A stretch of DNA of 64,000 nucleotides from Candidatus Binatia bacterium (lineage in GTDB: Bacteria > Desulfobacterota > Binatia > Bin18). Made by a program: the position numbers and the translations under genes. The stretch is taken from assembly GCA_963666315.2 (NCBI GenBank), contig CAXXHG010000043.1, forward strand, positions 608,001-672,000, given 5' to 3'. Below are positions 40,221-49,755 of this stretch, piece after piece (the first letter of the stretch is position 1; each line of letters opens with the position of its first letter). The notes under the pieces were generated by a model. The model made no database searches. It saw nothing but the letters and a program-made list of their open reading frames with translations, and had not been told where the DNA came from.

Positions 40221-41222
40221 CTACTCACTCGGTGGGAGTGCCCGGATGGGCAATGCCAGTGGCCGGATCGGAGCCCCCGTGGCGCCACGGAGTTTGATCG
40301 GCGCGGCAATAAATGCAAATTCATATACGCCTTCTTTGGCGAGCTCCTCTAACCAGAGCGACTCGACTAGACACACCCCCCGCTCAGCGAGGAGGTAGGT
40401 GTGGACACTCGCTGTGGCATTGGGGAATTTTTCCACCCCCATGTTATCAGCACCAATGAGAATCGCCCCATTATCGACCAGCCAGGCAGCACTTTCGCGG
40501 GTGATACCCGGCTCGTTGGGGACAAAATTTTTCGGGTCGGGCCAAACTGTCATCCGCCCCGTGCGAATGAGAACAGCATCTCCTGGCTGTAAGGCGATGC
40601 TTTGTTTGGTAAGAGCCCACTGCAGGTCTGCGGACGATATCTCGTACGAGTCGGGTAACATCCCGAGCCTTTTTTCGCTGGCCACGTCAATTAAGATCCC
40701 ACGCGTAATGATCGGTGGAATGGTATCCGCACCAGCTTTCGTCCAGCCCTTGTCGCCCAGGTGCTGCGAGGTTGTATAGCCGTTGAAAATCTTGTCTCCA
40801 TAGCCGAAGTGGTTGAGGGCATCGATATGCGTGCCCATAATGGGGGGCGTCAGGAACGCATCATCATACAGCGCGGTCTCTCCTTGACTCTCAACCGGCA
40901 ACAGGCCTTCAGCTTTGAGCCCGCTGGGCGTATGCGGCATCCACATGTGAAATGGGGGGTCTCCCATGCCGACCAGTAGGTCGGGCAGACCAGGCATCCC
41001 AACAAAATCGGTGACGCTCAGGTCATACACCTTGCCCTGGTCTACGCGTTGCAACACAGCCAAACTGGTAGCGCCGGTCAGAGTATTGAGTACCCCGATT
41101 TCGTCGGTCGGCCCATAGGGGCTTTTTGCTACCTCCGCTGCCTGACTGGGAGATTGCACCAATAGGCACCCCGCGAAGCCAACGATGGAACAAACCATTC
41201 GGATAGAGCGGTCTTTTTTCAT
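40221..41222 (-). CDS. Secreted cyclase-family (kynurenine formamidase-like) protein
   Basis: Signal peptide; GTHIDALNH, RGILID, GDAVLIRTG, GADN, GATGAPIRP. Confidence 0.85.
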   Translation of the reverse strand: MKKDRSIRMVCSIVGFAGCLLVQSPSQAAEVAKSPYGPTDEIGVLNTLTGATSLAVLQRVDQGKVYDLSVTDFVGMPGLPDLLVGMGDPPFHMWMPHTPSGLKAEGLLPVESQGETALYDDAFLTPPIMGTHIDALNHFGYGDKIFNGYTTSQHLGDKGWTKAGADTIPPIITRGILIDVASEKRLGMLPDSYEISSADLQWALTKQSIALQPGDAVLIRTGRMTVWPDPKNFVPNEPGITRESAAWLVDNGAILIGADNMGVEKFPNATASVHTYLLAERGVCLVESLWLEELAKEGVYEFAFIAAPIKLRGATGAPIRPLALPIRALPPSE

Positions 41223-41389
41223 ACGACTCCCCCCTCTTTTGCTGCTCCGCTATACCATCTCGGCTTTCCGCAAGAAATCCTCCGAGTTGAGCACTTGGCG
41301 TAAAGAGCCGTGTTGATTTTACTGTGGATTCTGGTCTGTAGCGATGGGTAGTTTTATACTGTTTTGAGCAATTAGGGACTATTTCCTCT

Positions 41390-41492
41390 CTTTATTTTCG
41401 AAGACGATTTTGAAGTGATTCAAAACCTCCTTGCCAGCTTGTTCATTAAAAAGTCAACGGAGGACCGGGCTGGTCTCTGCGTAGAGGGTCAT
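41390..41492 (-). pseudogene. VapC/PIN toxin remnant
   Basis: ATGA-coupled to the antitoxin: MTLYAETSPVLR*LFNEQAGKEVL, a PIN N-terminus with a nonsense codon; rest lost. Confidence 0.65.
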
Positions 41493-41779
41493 CGTTCTGC
41501 ACGGTCTACGGCGAGGAGGGATTGGCTCGTTCCTTTGAGCTTCACCTTCGTGCGTTTATAGGCGCGAACGTCTCGAGGCAGACCAGGGATCACAAGCCCC
41601 TCGGCATGCAGTCGTTCCAGTGTTTGTTCCGTTGTTCCGACAATAATCTCAGTCGTCGGACGACGAAGCTCAGCAACCACACGACCCCGATCCGTGATCA
41701 AAACGCGTTCCCCCTGCGCGACCTCTCGAAGATAGGCGCTCAGTTTATTTTTTAACTCTTTCACTGCGACAGCTTTCAT
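41489..41779 (-). CDS. Phd/YefM-family antitoxin
   Basis: MKAVAVKELKNKLSAYLREV..GE.VLITDRGRVVAEL. Confidence 0.9.
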   Translation of the reverse strand: MKAVAVKELKNKLSAYLREVAQGERVLITDRGRVVAELRRPTTEIIVGTTEQTLERLHAEGLVIPGLPRDVRAYKRTKVKLKGTSQSLLAVDRAER

Positions 41780-41789
41780 GGCGACAAGG

Positions 41790-41807
41790 GTAGCCCTGCA
41801 TAGCTAC
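41790..41807. promoter_or_regulatory. Toxin-antitoxin operator palindrome
   Basis: GTAGC-N8-GCTAC within a TTGCCT-N18-TACCCT promoter candidate. Confidence 0.55.
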
Positions 41808-41898
41808 TTTAGGCAATAGGCGCAGACGTGGAAATCTTGAAGGGGGCGGTCTATTCACCTCCCTTGCTCACCCCGACTGCTACTGATTCCTTGACCGC

Positions 41899-42677
41899 AT
41901 GTCGGACATCCTCCCTCCTGATGCGGAAAAGGCAGCCTCAGTGCGGGCGATGTTTGATTTGATCGCCCCACGTTACGACAGGCTGAACCGTTGGCTTTCC
42001 CTCGGCCTTGACCAATATTGGCGCTGGAAGACCATCCGAACCATTACCGTTTGTGCTGACGATGTGATTGTAGACCTTACGTGCGGAACCGGAGATTTGA
42101 GCGAACTTGCCGCAGCGACTGGTGCCCAGGTGGTCGACGTTGACTTCGCCCGGAATATGCTCGTCGGTGCAACGCGGCGTCGGATCAACGCCGCCTTTGT
42201 TCACGCAGATGCGCATGCATTACCCTTACTGTCTGCATCCGTTTCGGTTGTCTTGTCCGGCTTTGCCTTACGGAATTCTGTCTCAATCCCAAAAGCGCTC
42301 CAAGAAGCAGCGCGCGTTCTTAAACCAGGCGGCCGCTTGGCTCTGCTTGAGGTTGATACTCCGAGCAATGCTTTCCTGAAATGGGGCACAGCTGCTATTT
42401 TCAGCGTATCGTTCCCATTCTCGGCGGCTTGATCTCAGACAAAAAATCGTATGCCTATTTGCCGCGATCAGTAGTGTATCTGCCGGAGGAAGTCGAGCTG
42501 TTCGAAATGATCGGGGCGGCGGGATTTGGGCGTGTTGTGAAGCAACGTTTATCAGGCGGGGTCGCACAGCTGGTGACTCTGCGGTACGAAAATGAAAGGG
42601 ACGGTGAGAGCCGTCCCTTACGCATATTAGCAATAGCGTTGTTGTATACCGTCGAGCATATGCCACAGTGCCGTTAG
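41899..42677 (+). pseudogene. UbiE/MenG-like SAM methyltransferase, frameshifted
   Basis: VRAMFD.IAPRYD.LN, DLTCGTGD, RVLKPGG; frame changes in the G-run at ~42383-42386 to GHSCYFQRIVPILG..AYLPRS. Confidence 0.85.
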
Positions 42678-43022
42678 GGCTTGGTCGCAGGCAGTTGTAA
42701 TCTGGTCTGTCTCATCTGTCTCATCGGGGCTGACCTGCTGCTCAAGAATCCGACGGCTGGTGTCCGCGTGATACTTGTCGGCCTCAAGGTGAACGCGAAA
42801 GAACGCAAGACCGCGTTCATCGTTCACGCCGTAAAACTTCTTGAGTCCGTCGATCTTGGTCTCGGCGATCTCCGGCACTTGGGCCTCATATGCCAGCAAT
42901 GCCGCGGTGCCAACCAGATATGACGAATCGCGAGTGAGAGTTTTAAAGGTAGCAACTAACGCAGCGGTCTCCGGAGCGATCTGTGCATCTAAGGTGCTCA
43001 CGAGAGTGGTTTGATTGTCCAT
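42627..43022 (-). pseudogene. CADD/PqqC-like heme-oxygenase-like protein with large in-frame deletion
   Basis: MDNQ..LDAQIA fused directly to PETAALV..AYEAQVPEIAETKIDGL..FY..FFRVH.EAD..H..LW.MLDG; the N-terminal diiron-ligand region is absent. Confidence 0.75.
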
Positions 43023-43759
43023 GTCTAACCTCAACCACATAAAATAAATTTTCCGAACGGTTGATCTGTATGCCAGGAATTCATGGCTAAGGAAAGCCCG
43101 GCTCGTTTCCCCTTTTATGGCTGTGAGAAGGAATAAGGTGCTCAAGCACGTGTGGAATCTCCTCGCACGGCACATCTTCCAGCACCCTCCCCCTCTTCTT
43201 CAGTTCTGTATCAGTAGAGACCCGTGGCAGCGTAATGCCTGGGCCAGAAAGATGGACTGAATCCACAAGCTGGGTAAAGCCTAGTGACGAGGGAGGACTA
43301 CCGCGTTTCTTCCGTTTCATCGTGGGGTTTGACAATACGAGCACGATGCCAGATGCCCGCGTCACCGCTGGCACGACAGTCTGGGCAGGCTTCATCCGAG
43401 GCCTGTAAATAGCTTCGGCCATCACACTGACGGCACAAGCCGTTTAGAAGATACAGTTGGTAATAGAAGTTCGTCATATCGTGAACATTGCCAAAAAAGA
43501 TTTGATTTGCTCGATAATGTGGTCAGGGTAGAAGGCCTGGTCTTTCATGCAGATGCTCCTGTATCTGATGTATCGTTACTGCGCTGCTGACGAAGTGTGG
43601 CTGGGGCAGCTTCATACCTGCATCCCTGTCGTCCAAATCGCCTCGTCCTTTGCCTGCAGGAGAATACGCGGCAGCGGCCGCTTGGGTGGTCCGGCAAGTG
43701 GCCGGCCATCGTCAAGCGCAAAAAAGCCTTTTTTGTGAGCCGTTCAGAACACTGGACAG

Positions 43760-43835
43760 CAAAATGCCCAGTATCAATCTCTACAATGTCATGTATTAAC
43801 AGCATTCGAATGACACGATCAATATTTATCGTATT
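43760..43835 (-). pseudogene. HD-domain hydrolase fragment
   Basis: DRVIRMLLIHDIVEIDTG motif only. Confidence 0.55.
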
Positions 43836-44024
43836 GTTAAAATAATCCGGCCCTGAACGCTGCTGGTAGGCGTGCGAAAGAGTCAGTGAGATTGCTAACG
43901 TCGGCTGAAACGCTTGATCGGGAATGTAGCGTCGGCGGGGTTGGATTCATCCTTCCTTGGCGAAAGGTGGTGACTGAATGACACTGATTTTCAGCAATCG
44001 GTCCGCAACTCGACGGGGATTTCG

Positions 44025-44195
44025 ATGAGCACCTTTGAAGAACGTCGTAGAGAGATAATCAAAGCAGGCGAGGGATCCATCCCGCATATGTATCTGGATA
44101 CCGTTGGTAGGGTCACAGTTGCCGTGGGGAATATGATACCTACCGCCGCAGCAGCCGAACCGCTCACGTTTGGCTGGCTGGGAGGGCCGTACTAG
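44025..44195 (+). pseudogene. Truncated phage-type (GH24-like) lysozyme
   Basis: EGSIPHMYLDTVGRVTVAVGN carries the E-x8-D-x5-T catalytic pattern; stops after 56 aa. Confidence 0.7.
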
Positions 44196-45250
44196 GGCAC
44201 TGTCTTGTTGATCACGGCCTGTATCGGGAAGTGGTCGCTGTAGCCCTTCTTTGTCTTCTTGTTGAACCGTTTCGGCCTCTGCTTCCCAGAAGTGGCCATG
44301 ATGGCCGGCCTAAAGATATCGACGGTGGCTGGATCGAGTTGGAGCTTTTGCAAACCGTAGAAGAGTCCGCGGGAAATGATGAACTGATCCAGCACATTCA
44401 TGCTCTTTTTCGCTTCGCTGAAGTAGTAGGTTCCCCGATCTGTTTCCCCGACCAGAGCCCACATGCAGTTAAACAGAGGCGCCTGTAATCCCAGGTATTT
44501 CTTCGCCGTGGGTATCTTGAGAGGAGCATTCTTTTTCACGGGTTCTTCGAGATGATCGACACTGTTGGAGCTCTGCAGATATTCTAGGACGCTTCGATTG
44601 AAGGGTTCGTCGTTGAAGTCGCCCATCAACAGCACGTTCCTATCTCAGCGCTCATTGAGTTTCTTGAGAGATTCCTCCGAGTCCGGCAGGGACAGGAAGT
44701 CCTGCCGTCCCATCTTCAGCTGCCGGTCCACCAGCAAGCCAGCGTGGTCAGCCACACTGAGTCGATAGGGCTCGGTCTTCTCCGTTCCTGCGCTCCGAGA
44801 AGGCCAATGATTGACGAAGACGGTGAGATCCGCGTCATTCTCAAGAACTCTCAGCTGGACTTCGAAGAGGTCCCTCGTCGGGTATCTCTTGTGCACCAGG
44901 TGTGCCACCGCCCCAACCAGGTCGAACACATCCTTGGAGTAGATCAAAGACGTATCGATTCCCCGGATGTCTGGGCTTTCTATATGTGCCAGCCGATAGT
45001 CGGGCCTCCCAACCGCATTCATCAATGTCGTTGCGATTTTTTTGTTCTCGACCTCACAGATGCCCAGAAGGTCGGCGCCTTTCCCGCCGTGCATAAGCAT
45101 GAGGACTTTAGCAAGATTCTCGATCTTCTTGTTGAGCGTAGCCTGGTCCCAACCCTCTGACGAGGTGAACTCCAGATCGGCTGCGATCTCGGACGCAGTA
45201 GTGTCGAAGAGATTCTGCAGATTCCAAAATGCTGTTGTTATTTCCGTCAT
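44192..45250 (-). pseudogene. Endonuclease/exonuclease/phosphatase-family nuclease split by an in-frame TGA
   Basis: FWNLQNLFD, CEVEN, D.RGID, NHWPSR | *DRNVLLMGDFNDEP, LDQF, GYSDHFP; both ORFs share a frame, TGA at 44645-44647. Confidence 0.85.
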
Positions 45251-45417
45251 AGTTGGCCTCCTTCCCTCATTCCGGAGCGAGCTTCAGCCCTCGTTCACTC
45301 TCCACGTTCCCACCCGTAATGCGCGGCGCTCGACATCGCGGCATACCGTCAGATCATGTTCATTCCGCGCGATGAGCAATATACGTATCCCCTTTTATGC
45401 TCCGTGGCACTCTAGGC

Positions 45418-45457
45418 ATTATTCCCAAATGCTAGGTATATAGCATTTGGGAATAAT
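45418..45457. repeat. Perfect 17-bp inverted repeat
   Basis: ATTATTCCCAAATGCTA-GGTATA-TAGCATTTGGGAATAAT. Confidence 0.8.
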
Positions 45458-45502
45458 CAATTAATCATACCTGACCCCGCTCTCAAGCAGCGTCCCATAT
45501 CA

Positions 45503-45715
45503 CTATCCATTTTTTCGTTCCTTAAATTTCTGAGGAACCTTAAATCCTAATACACCAAGAACCATAGTTATAGTTTGCCATTCAGGTTTCCATATACCAT
45601 CAGTAAAGACTGCATGCCCCCAATCTACAAGAGTACCTATTGTTGCGAGGAGTGCGTACAATCGAGAACTACTAAATTGACCATTATTTTCCGGCAAAAA
45701 TTCCAAAATTTTCGT
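45503..45715 (-). CDS. Small two-TM holin-like protein (AT-rich); expected start reads ACG
   Basis: GGAGG-N7-ACG AAA ATT TTG; NGQFSSSRL, two hydrophobic segments, basic tail QKFKERKNG. Confidence 0.5.
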   Translation of the reverse strand, partial: TKILEFLPENNGQFSSSRLYALLATIGTLVDWGHAVFTDGIWKPEWQTITMVLGVLGFKVPQKFKERKNG

Positions 45716-46076
45716 TTTATCGCCTCCAAAAACTAGTCAGAAAATTGTGATGTATCTCTAGTAGCGCCTCCTACCCTGTGTGATGTAGCGAGGGCGGTCG
45801 CACACAAGCCGATCGCGTAAACGCTTTGCCCTACGCGGCTCAGAGCAGACGGTCGATCGAATCCGCAGAGCAGACCTCGACACACTCCTCTCATCCTTTG
45901 CCAACCTCTTCTCCTGCGGCGGTCCACTGACACAAGGATAGGCTCCCATCGTCTCCAGGTCATGAGATTCCTGTAAGATTTTTGTGAGAGAAGGAGAAAG
46001 GAGGAAAGGCTGAGACACTCAAGTGCGTTCAGTCGCAAAAGGCCGTGGCATTTGTCGCTCTTTCTTCAAAGACAAC

Positions 46077-46763
46077 TTAGCTGCTGAAAAGCCGGACAGG
46101 CAGATAGGCGTGCTGCATGGCGTGTATGTCCGCCAGTGGAGCAAAAGCCCCCATCTCTTCGAGATCGCACTCCAGGGCTTCATCAACTAACGCAGATAAG
46201 TGTGGACGAAGCTCGATGAGTATCCGCTGTGCTGCGGTGTGCCCGAGACAGCCCAGCCGCAAGGCTGCGCCCAAGAAGCTGACCATGAAGGTATACAGCA
46301 GGACGATGCCACCTGCGCGCTGGGGTATGTCCCATACTACGCACAGAAGACCCATGCTCACTGCGCTATTGCCGGCAGTCTTGCCTGCGCGTACGTCGGT
46401 GAGAAACATTTGCAGCAGGGGGGCTTGGACGAGCGGGCCGAGCGTTTCAAGCAGGGCTCTGCCCGAACGCGCAGAACCTGTGCGGAGCTCTTGGGGCAGC
46501 ACAGAAGCGCTCAGGCAGTGATCAATAGTCTGCAAGCGGACAATATCTTCCTCCGCCGCAGCCTGGTAAGCATGCATGTACGCAACCAGGTCGAATCGAG
46601 CAATTTTGCTCAGCACATAGTCTTCGAGGAGTTGTGCGATGTCGGTATCGGACGCTGGCTGCCGGCTGATAAAGGCTTCGAGACCGTGCGATAAGGTCAC
46701 CATGCCAGACGGGAAAAAGGAGTCTGCCAGCTGCAGCGCGGCCATGAGTGCTGCGTCGTCCAT
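46077..46763 (-). CDS. ureF: Urease accessory protein UreF
   Basis: LQLADSFFPSG..SHGLE; C-terminal H....RLFSS. Confidence 0.92.
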   Translation of the reverse strand: MDDAALMAALQLADSFFPSGMVTLSHGLEAFISRQPASDTDIAQLLEDYVLSKIARFDLVAYMHAYQAAAEEDIVRLQTIDHCLSASVLPQELRTGSARSGRALLETLGPLVQAPLLQMFLTDVRAGKTAGNSAVSMGLLCVVWDIPQRAGGIVLLYTFMVSFLGAALRLGCLGHTAAQRILIELRPHLSALVDEALECDLEEMGAFAPLADIHAMQHAYLPVRLFSS

Positions 46764-46766
46764 GGA

Positions 46767-47261
46767 TTAGTCTTGTGGCCAGGCGCGTTGCTCGTAGTGC
46801 AGCGTAAAGCGTTCAGTCAGGTGGTGCGTGCGCAGTACGGTTTCCATGACGGCCCGGCCTAAGGTGACCGGTACCAGAATCTGTTCTCCGACAACGGCGA
46901 TCGGCCAGTGTTGATTGCCGAGTACGTGCCCGAGACGCACAGCCCACTTGAGACCCTCGGCTGCATCGGTATGCGGCTGTGGGCTGAGGACCATCACCTC
47001 TTGGAGCGAGATGTGGACAAGCAATCCGCCTGCCTCGTCCTTGAGGCCGAAAACGTCTCCATCGGCGATGGTTGTCCCGCGCGGCAACACGAAACCGATC
47101 TCCCGCTTGCCGGCCGTAAGCAAACGGAAGCGGCTCTTGTGCGCGTGGCGTTCTTCGATGTAGATTTCCTCCAACTGTCCGGTCTGCTGCCACTCACGGA
47201 CTGTGGTAGCGAGTTTCCGATCAGTATGGATATTGCCCAGACGGTGACTCACGCGCAGCAT
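46767..47261 (-). CDS. ureE: Urease accessory protein UreE
   Basis: KSRFR, LPRG..DGDV, GH.LGNQHWP; no His-rich tail. Confidence 0.85.
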   Translation of the reverse strand: MLRVSHRLGNIHTDRKLATTVREWQQTGQLEEIYIEERHAHKSRFRLLTAGKREIGFVLPRGTTIADGDVFGLKDEAGGLLVHISLQEVMVLSPQPHTDAAEGLKWAVRLGHVLGNQHWPIAVVGEQILVPVTLGRAVMETVLRTHHLTERFTLHYEQRAWPQD

Positions 47262-47300
47262 CGATTTGCTCCATAAAATACTTGACATTTCTTGAAAATA

Positions 47301-48239
47301 TTACTTGAGAAATTGTGTTGCCGGAACGCCGAGGTGACGCAGGCGGAGCTGATGCCGGGCCATATGCAGGACACGCCGTACCGCTCGGACATCTGAGCCG
47401 ACGACCTTGACGCATAGGCCCCGGTCTTGTGGCAGCAGCGTCGTGCCGCATATCGTGCGTGGTTCGGAAGAGAGCTGATCGTGTACTTCGCGAGCCCAGA
47501 CGGCAGGCACGTGCGGACCAATGAAAAATGCCTGTCCCCACACATGATGCTGAGCGAGAATACCCGGCCCGGTGGTCGGATAGAGGGCGGGCAGTACCAG
47601 GCTGTGGTCACGCACGAGCAGTCTGCCGTTGTCGTCGGTAACCCGTAGGCTTGTTGTGAGTGCATCTAAAGTTGCACCATCAGCGCGGGGATAGGCCAGA
47701 AAGATATCAGCCGAAAAAAAGCTTGCTTCTGCTCCCAGCTGAATCTGCAGTTGCTGTCCGAATCGAGATCCGGGAAAAAGGATCGTCGGCTCGGGACAAT
47801 ATTCGGCATAGGCGCCAGCGTCCAAGGCGAAAGAAATGCGCTGTAGGGCACAGTTTGCGGTCATAGTGTGAATTTTCTCTGCGGCTTGGTTTGTAATATG
47901 GACCTGAGCGGCAGAGTCTAGAGTAAAACACAGACGTGCCCGGTCGCCTTGAATAAAACCACCGGCTGGAGTTTGGACGTATACGACGGCCATGTCCGGT
48001 AGGGCAGGGTCTAAATACCAAGGGTGGGTCAGGTGAAAGGGGTGTGAGACAAACGTATGCTGCAGGCGTGTTTTTCCGGATTTGGTGCTGAAGCTCAACC
48101 GACACTCGCCACACTTGCCGACAGAACCGGCAGGACGCTGATCGAGCGGCTCCTCCAAATAGACGCGGAAAGGACGTGGCCAGGAAAGGACGTCGTCTAT
48201 AGGCGTTGCTGGTAATCGGCAACTCGTGGGTTGTGGCAT
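47301..48239 (-). CDS. ureD: Urease accessory protein UreD/UreH
   Basis: P.GG..QGDR, TNQAAEKI, EY.PEP.I.F. Confidence 0.88.
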   Translation of the reverse strand: MPQPTSCRLPATPIDDVLSWPRPFRVYLEEPLDQRPAGSVGKCGECRLSFSTKSGKTRLQHTFVSHPFHLTHPWYLDPALPDMAVVYVQTPAGGFIQGDRARLCFTLDSAAQVHITNQAAEKIHTMTANCALQRISFALDAGAYAEYCPEPTILFPGSRFGQQLQIQLGAEASFFSADIFLAYPRADGATLDALTTSLRVTDDNGRLLVRDHSLVLPALYPTTGPGILAQHHVWGQAFFIGPHVPAVWAREVHDQLSSEPRTICGTTLLPQDRGLCVKVVGSDVRAVRRVLHMARHQLRLRHLGVPATQFLK

Positions 48240-48253
48240 AGGGACAAGGGCAG

Positions 48254-48871
48254 CTAGGCAAAGAGCAATTCGTGTTCGATCCACGCCCCTACTGCAGCAA
48301 TGCCCTGGCCGGTCTTACAGTTGGTAAAAAGATACGGTCGTAGCCCTCGGACATGTTGCGCATCGCGTGCCATGACTTCGAGGTCGGCACCTACGTACGG
48401 GGCCAGGTCGGTCTTGTTAATGACCAACAGGTCGGAGCGCGTAATCCCCAAGCCTTGTTTGCGGGGGATATCATCTCCTCCCGCAACATCAATGACAAAG
48501 ACAAAGGCGTCCGCAAGTTCGGGTGAGTAGGTTGATGAGAGATTGTCTCCTCCACTTTCCAGGATGATGAGGTCCAGGGCCGGGAACTGCGCTTCCAATT
48601 GTCGTACGGCTTCCAGGTTCATGGTTGGATCTTCGCGGATCACGGTATGCGGGCACCCGCCGGTCTCAACGCCGACGATCCGCTCTGGTGCCAAGAAACC
48701 GCGCCTGCGCAGCCGATCCGCGTCCTCCTGAGTCAGAATGTCATTTGTGACAATGGCGACCTGCTTATTCTGTTGCTGCAGATAGGGTACCAGTTGCTCA
48801 ATCAGGGCCGTCTTCCCCGAGCCGACCGGCCCTCCGACTCCCAGGCGTGGAACCTCTGTTTGTGCTGTCAT
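48254..48871 (-). CDS. ureG: Urease accessory GTPase UreG
   Basis: [35 protein letters not shown]. Confidence 0.96.
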   Translation of the reverse strand: MTAQTEVPRLGVGGPVGSGKTALIEQLVPYLQQQNKQVAIVTNDILTQEDADRLRRRGFLAPERIVGVETGGCPHTVIREDPTMNLEAVRQLEAQFPALDLIILESGGDNLSSTYSPELADAFVFVIDVAGGDDIPRKQGLGITRSDLLVINKTDLAPYVGADLEVMARDAQHVRGLRPYLFTNCKTGQGIAAVGAWIEHELLFA

Positions 48872-48901
48872 ATCTTTGCTCCGTACTGAGACTGTCCTTC
48901 T

Positions 48902-49339
48902 TTACGCATCTTTCCCCGCTTCTTCCGCTTCTTCCGCTTCTTCCGCCGATGAGAGAAAACCCTGCTCCGAGGCTCTCTTGAGCGCTTGTTGGCGGACGGT
49001 CGCATCCTGGGTGTCGCCGTCAGTCAGACTGTTCAAGCCCAGGACTATACGTTGTCCACCGAACGGGACGAGGCTGACGTCTTTCTCTTCTCCAGGCTCA
49101 AACCGAACTGCCGTACCAGCTGGAATGTTCAAGTGTAGACCAAAGGCGGCGCTACGATCAAAACGCAAAGCTCTATTGGCTTCGAAGAAATGATAATGAG
49201 AGCCGACCTGAATGGGGCGATCACCGGTATTGACAACAACCAGAGATTGAGTCGGGCGTCCGGCGTTTAAAGTGAGCGAACCTGCTGCCGGGAGTATCTC
49301 TCCCGGTATTATCGTGTGTGTTGTGTTCTCCGAAGACAT
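48902..49339 (-). CDS. ureB: Urease beta subunit
   Basis: [35 protein letters not shown]. Confidence 0.96.
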   Translation of the reverse strand: MSSENTTHTIIPGEILPAAGSLTLNAGRPTQSLVVVNTGDRPIQVGSHYHFFEANRALRFDRSAAFGLHLNIPAGTAVRFEPGEEKDVSLVPFGGQRIVLGLNSLTDGDTQDATVRQQALKRASEQGFLSSAEEAEEAEEAGKDA

Positions 49340-49398
49340 ACGATTCCTCTCTTGCTTCTTGCAAGCACTGTTTCTATTTGCCACGTACACGTTCCCAA

Positions 49399-49415
49399 CG
49401 CAAGAATCCTGCCTG
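49399..49415 (-). promoter_or_regulatory. Sigma-54 promoter of ureBGDEF
   Basis: AGGCAGGATTCTTGCG (GG-N10-GC, TTGC). Confidence 0.65.
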
Positions 49416-49682
49416 CCCTGTATGAGGTGAAAAATGGGCGCGGAGTACGGTTTGTTATATGCAGGTGCCGAAATTATAAGCCTGAGAATCAACACCCTGT
49501 GCTAAAACACAGCAGATTACTGACTGGCGAACGCAGCCCAGTGTCACGTCATCTTAATGTTTACGGAGTTGAAATACGGTCGTGAGGTGTGCCTGGCGCT
49601 TTGATAAGGTTGTATTTATTTGGGACTAGCCGTTTCTGATCTGTGTCGAAAATCACTCTCATTTTTCATTCTTACTTGCTGT

Positions 49683-49698
49683 TGGCCCCCCTTTTGCT
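49683..49698 (+). promoter_or_regulatory. Sigma-54 promoter of porin-urt-ureAC
   Basis: TGGCCCCCCTTTTGCT (GG-N10-GC, TTGC). Confidence 0.7.
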
Positions 49699-49755
49699 CC
49701 TTTCCGTCTCCGCAAGTGCCTCGTTTTCAGTGGAGAGAAAGGAGTGAAAGGCTTT

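Noticed and set aside
42375-42395. Programmed frameshift in the UbiE-like gene
   Set aside because: Only a G4 run with no slippery heptamer; the gene also has degenerate motifs and no clean 3' end.
43030-43500. Folate or other riboswitch upstream of the CADD-like gene
   Set aside because: No recognisable aptamer consensus by eye; needs Infernal to exclude fully.
367-44647. TGA reassignment (Trp/Gly) or selenocysteine suggested by three in-frame TGAs (ECF sigma, VapC, EEP nuclease)
   Set aside because: Many intact genes here end at TGA at the expected C-terminus (tal-pgi, zwf, NagD-like, urtC, urtE) and use TGG for Trp. The affected positions are not Cys-type sites. Simple nonsense mutation fits better.
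46034-46051. Sigma-54-like TGCCACGGCCTTTTGC downstream of ureF
   Set aside because: Lacks the invariant GG at -24 with N10 spacing.
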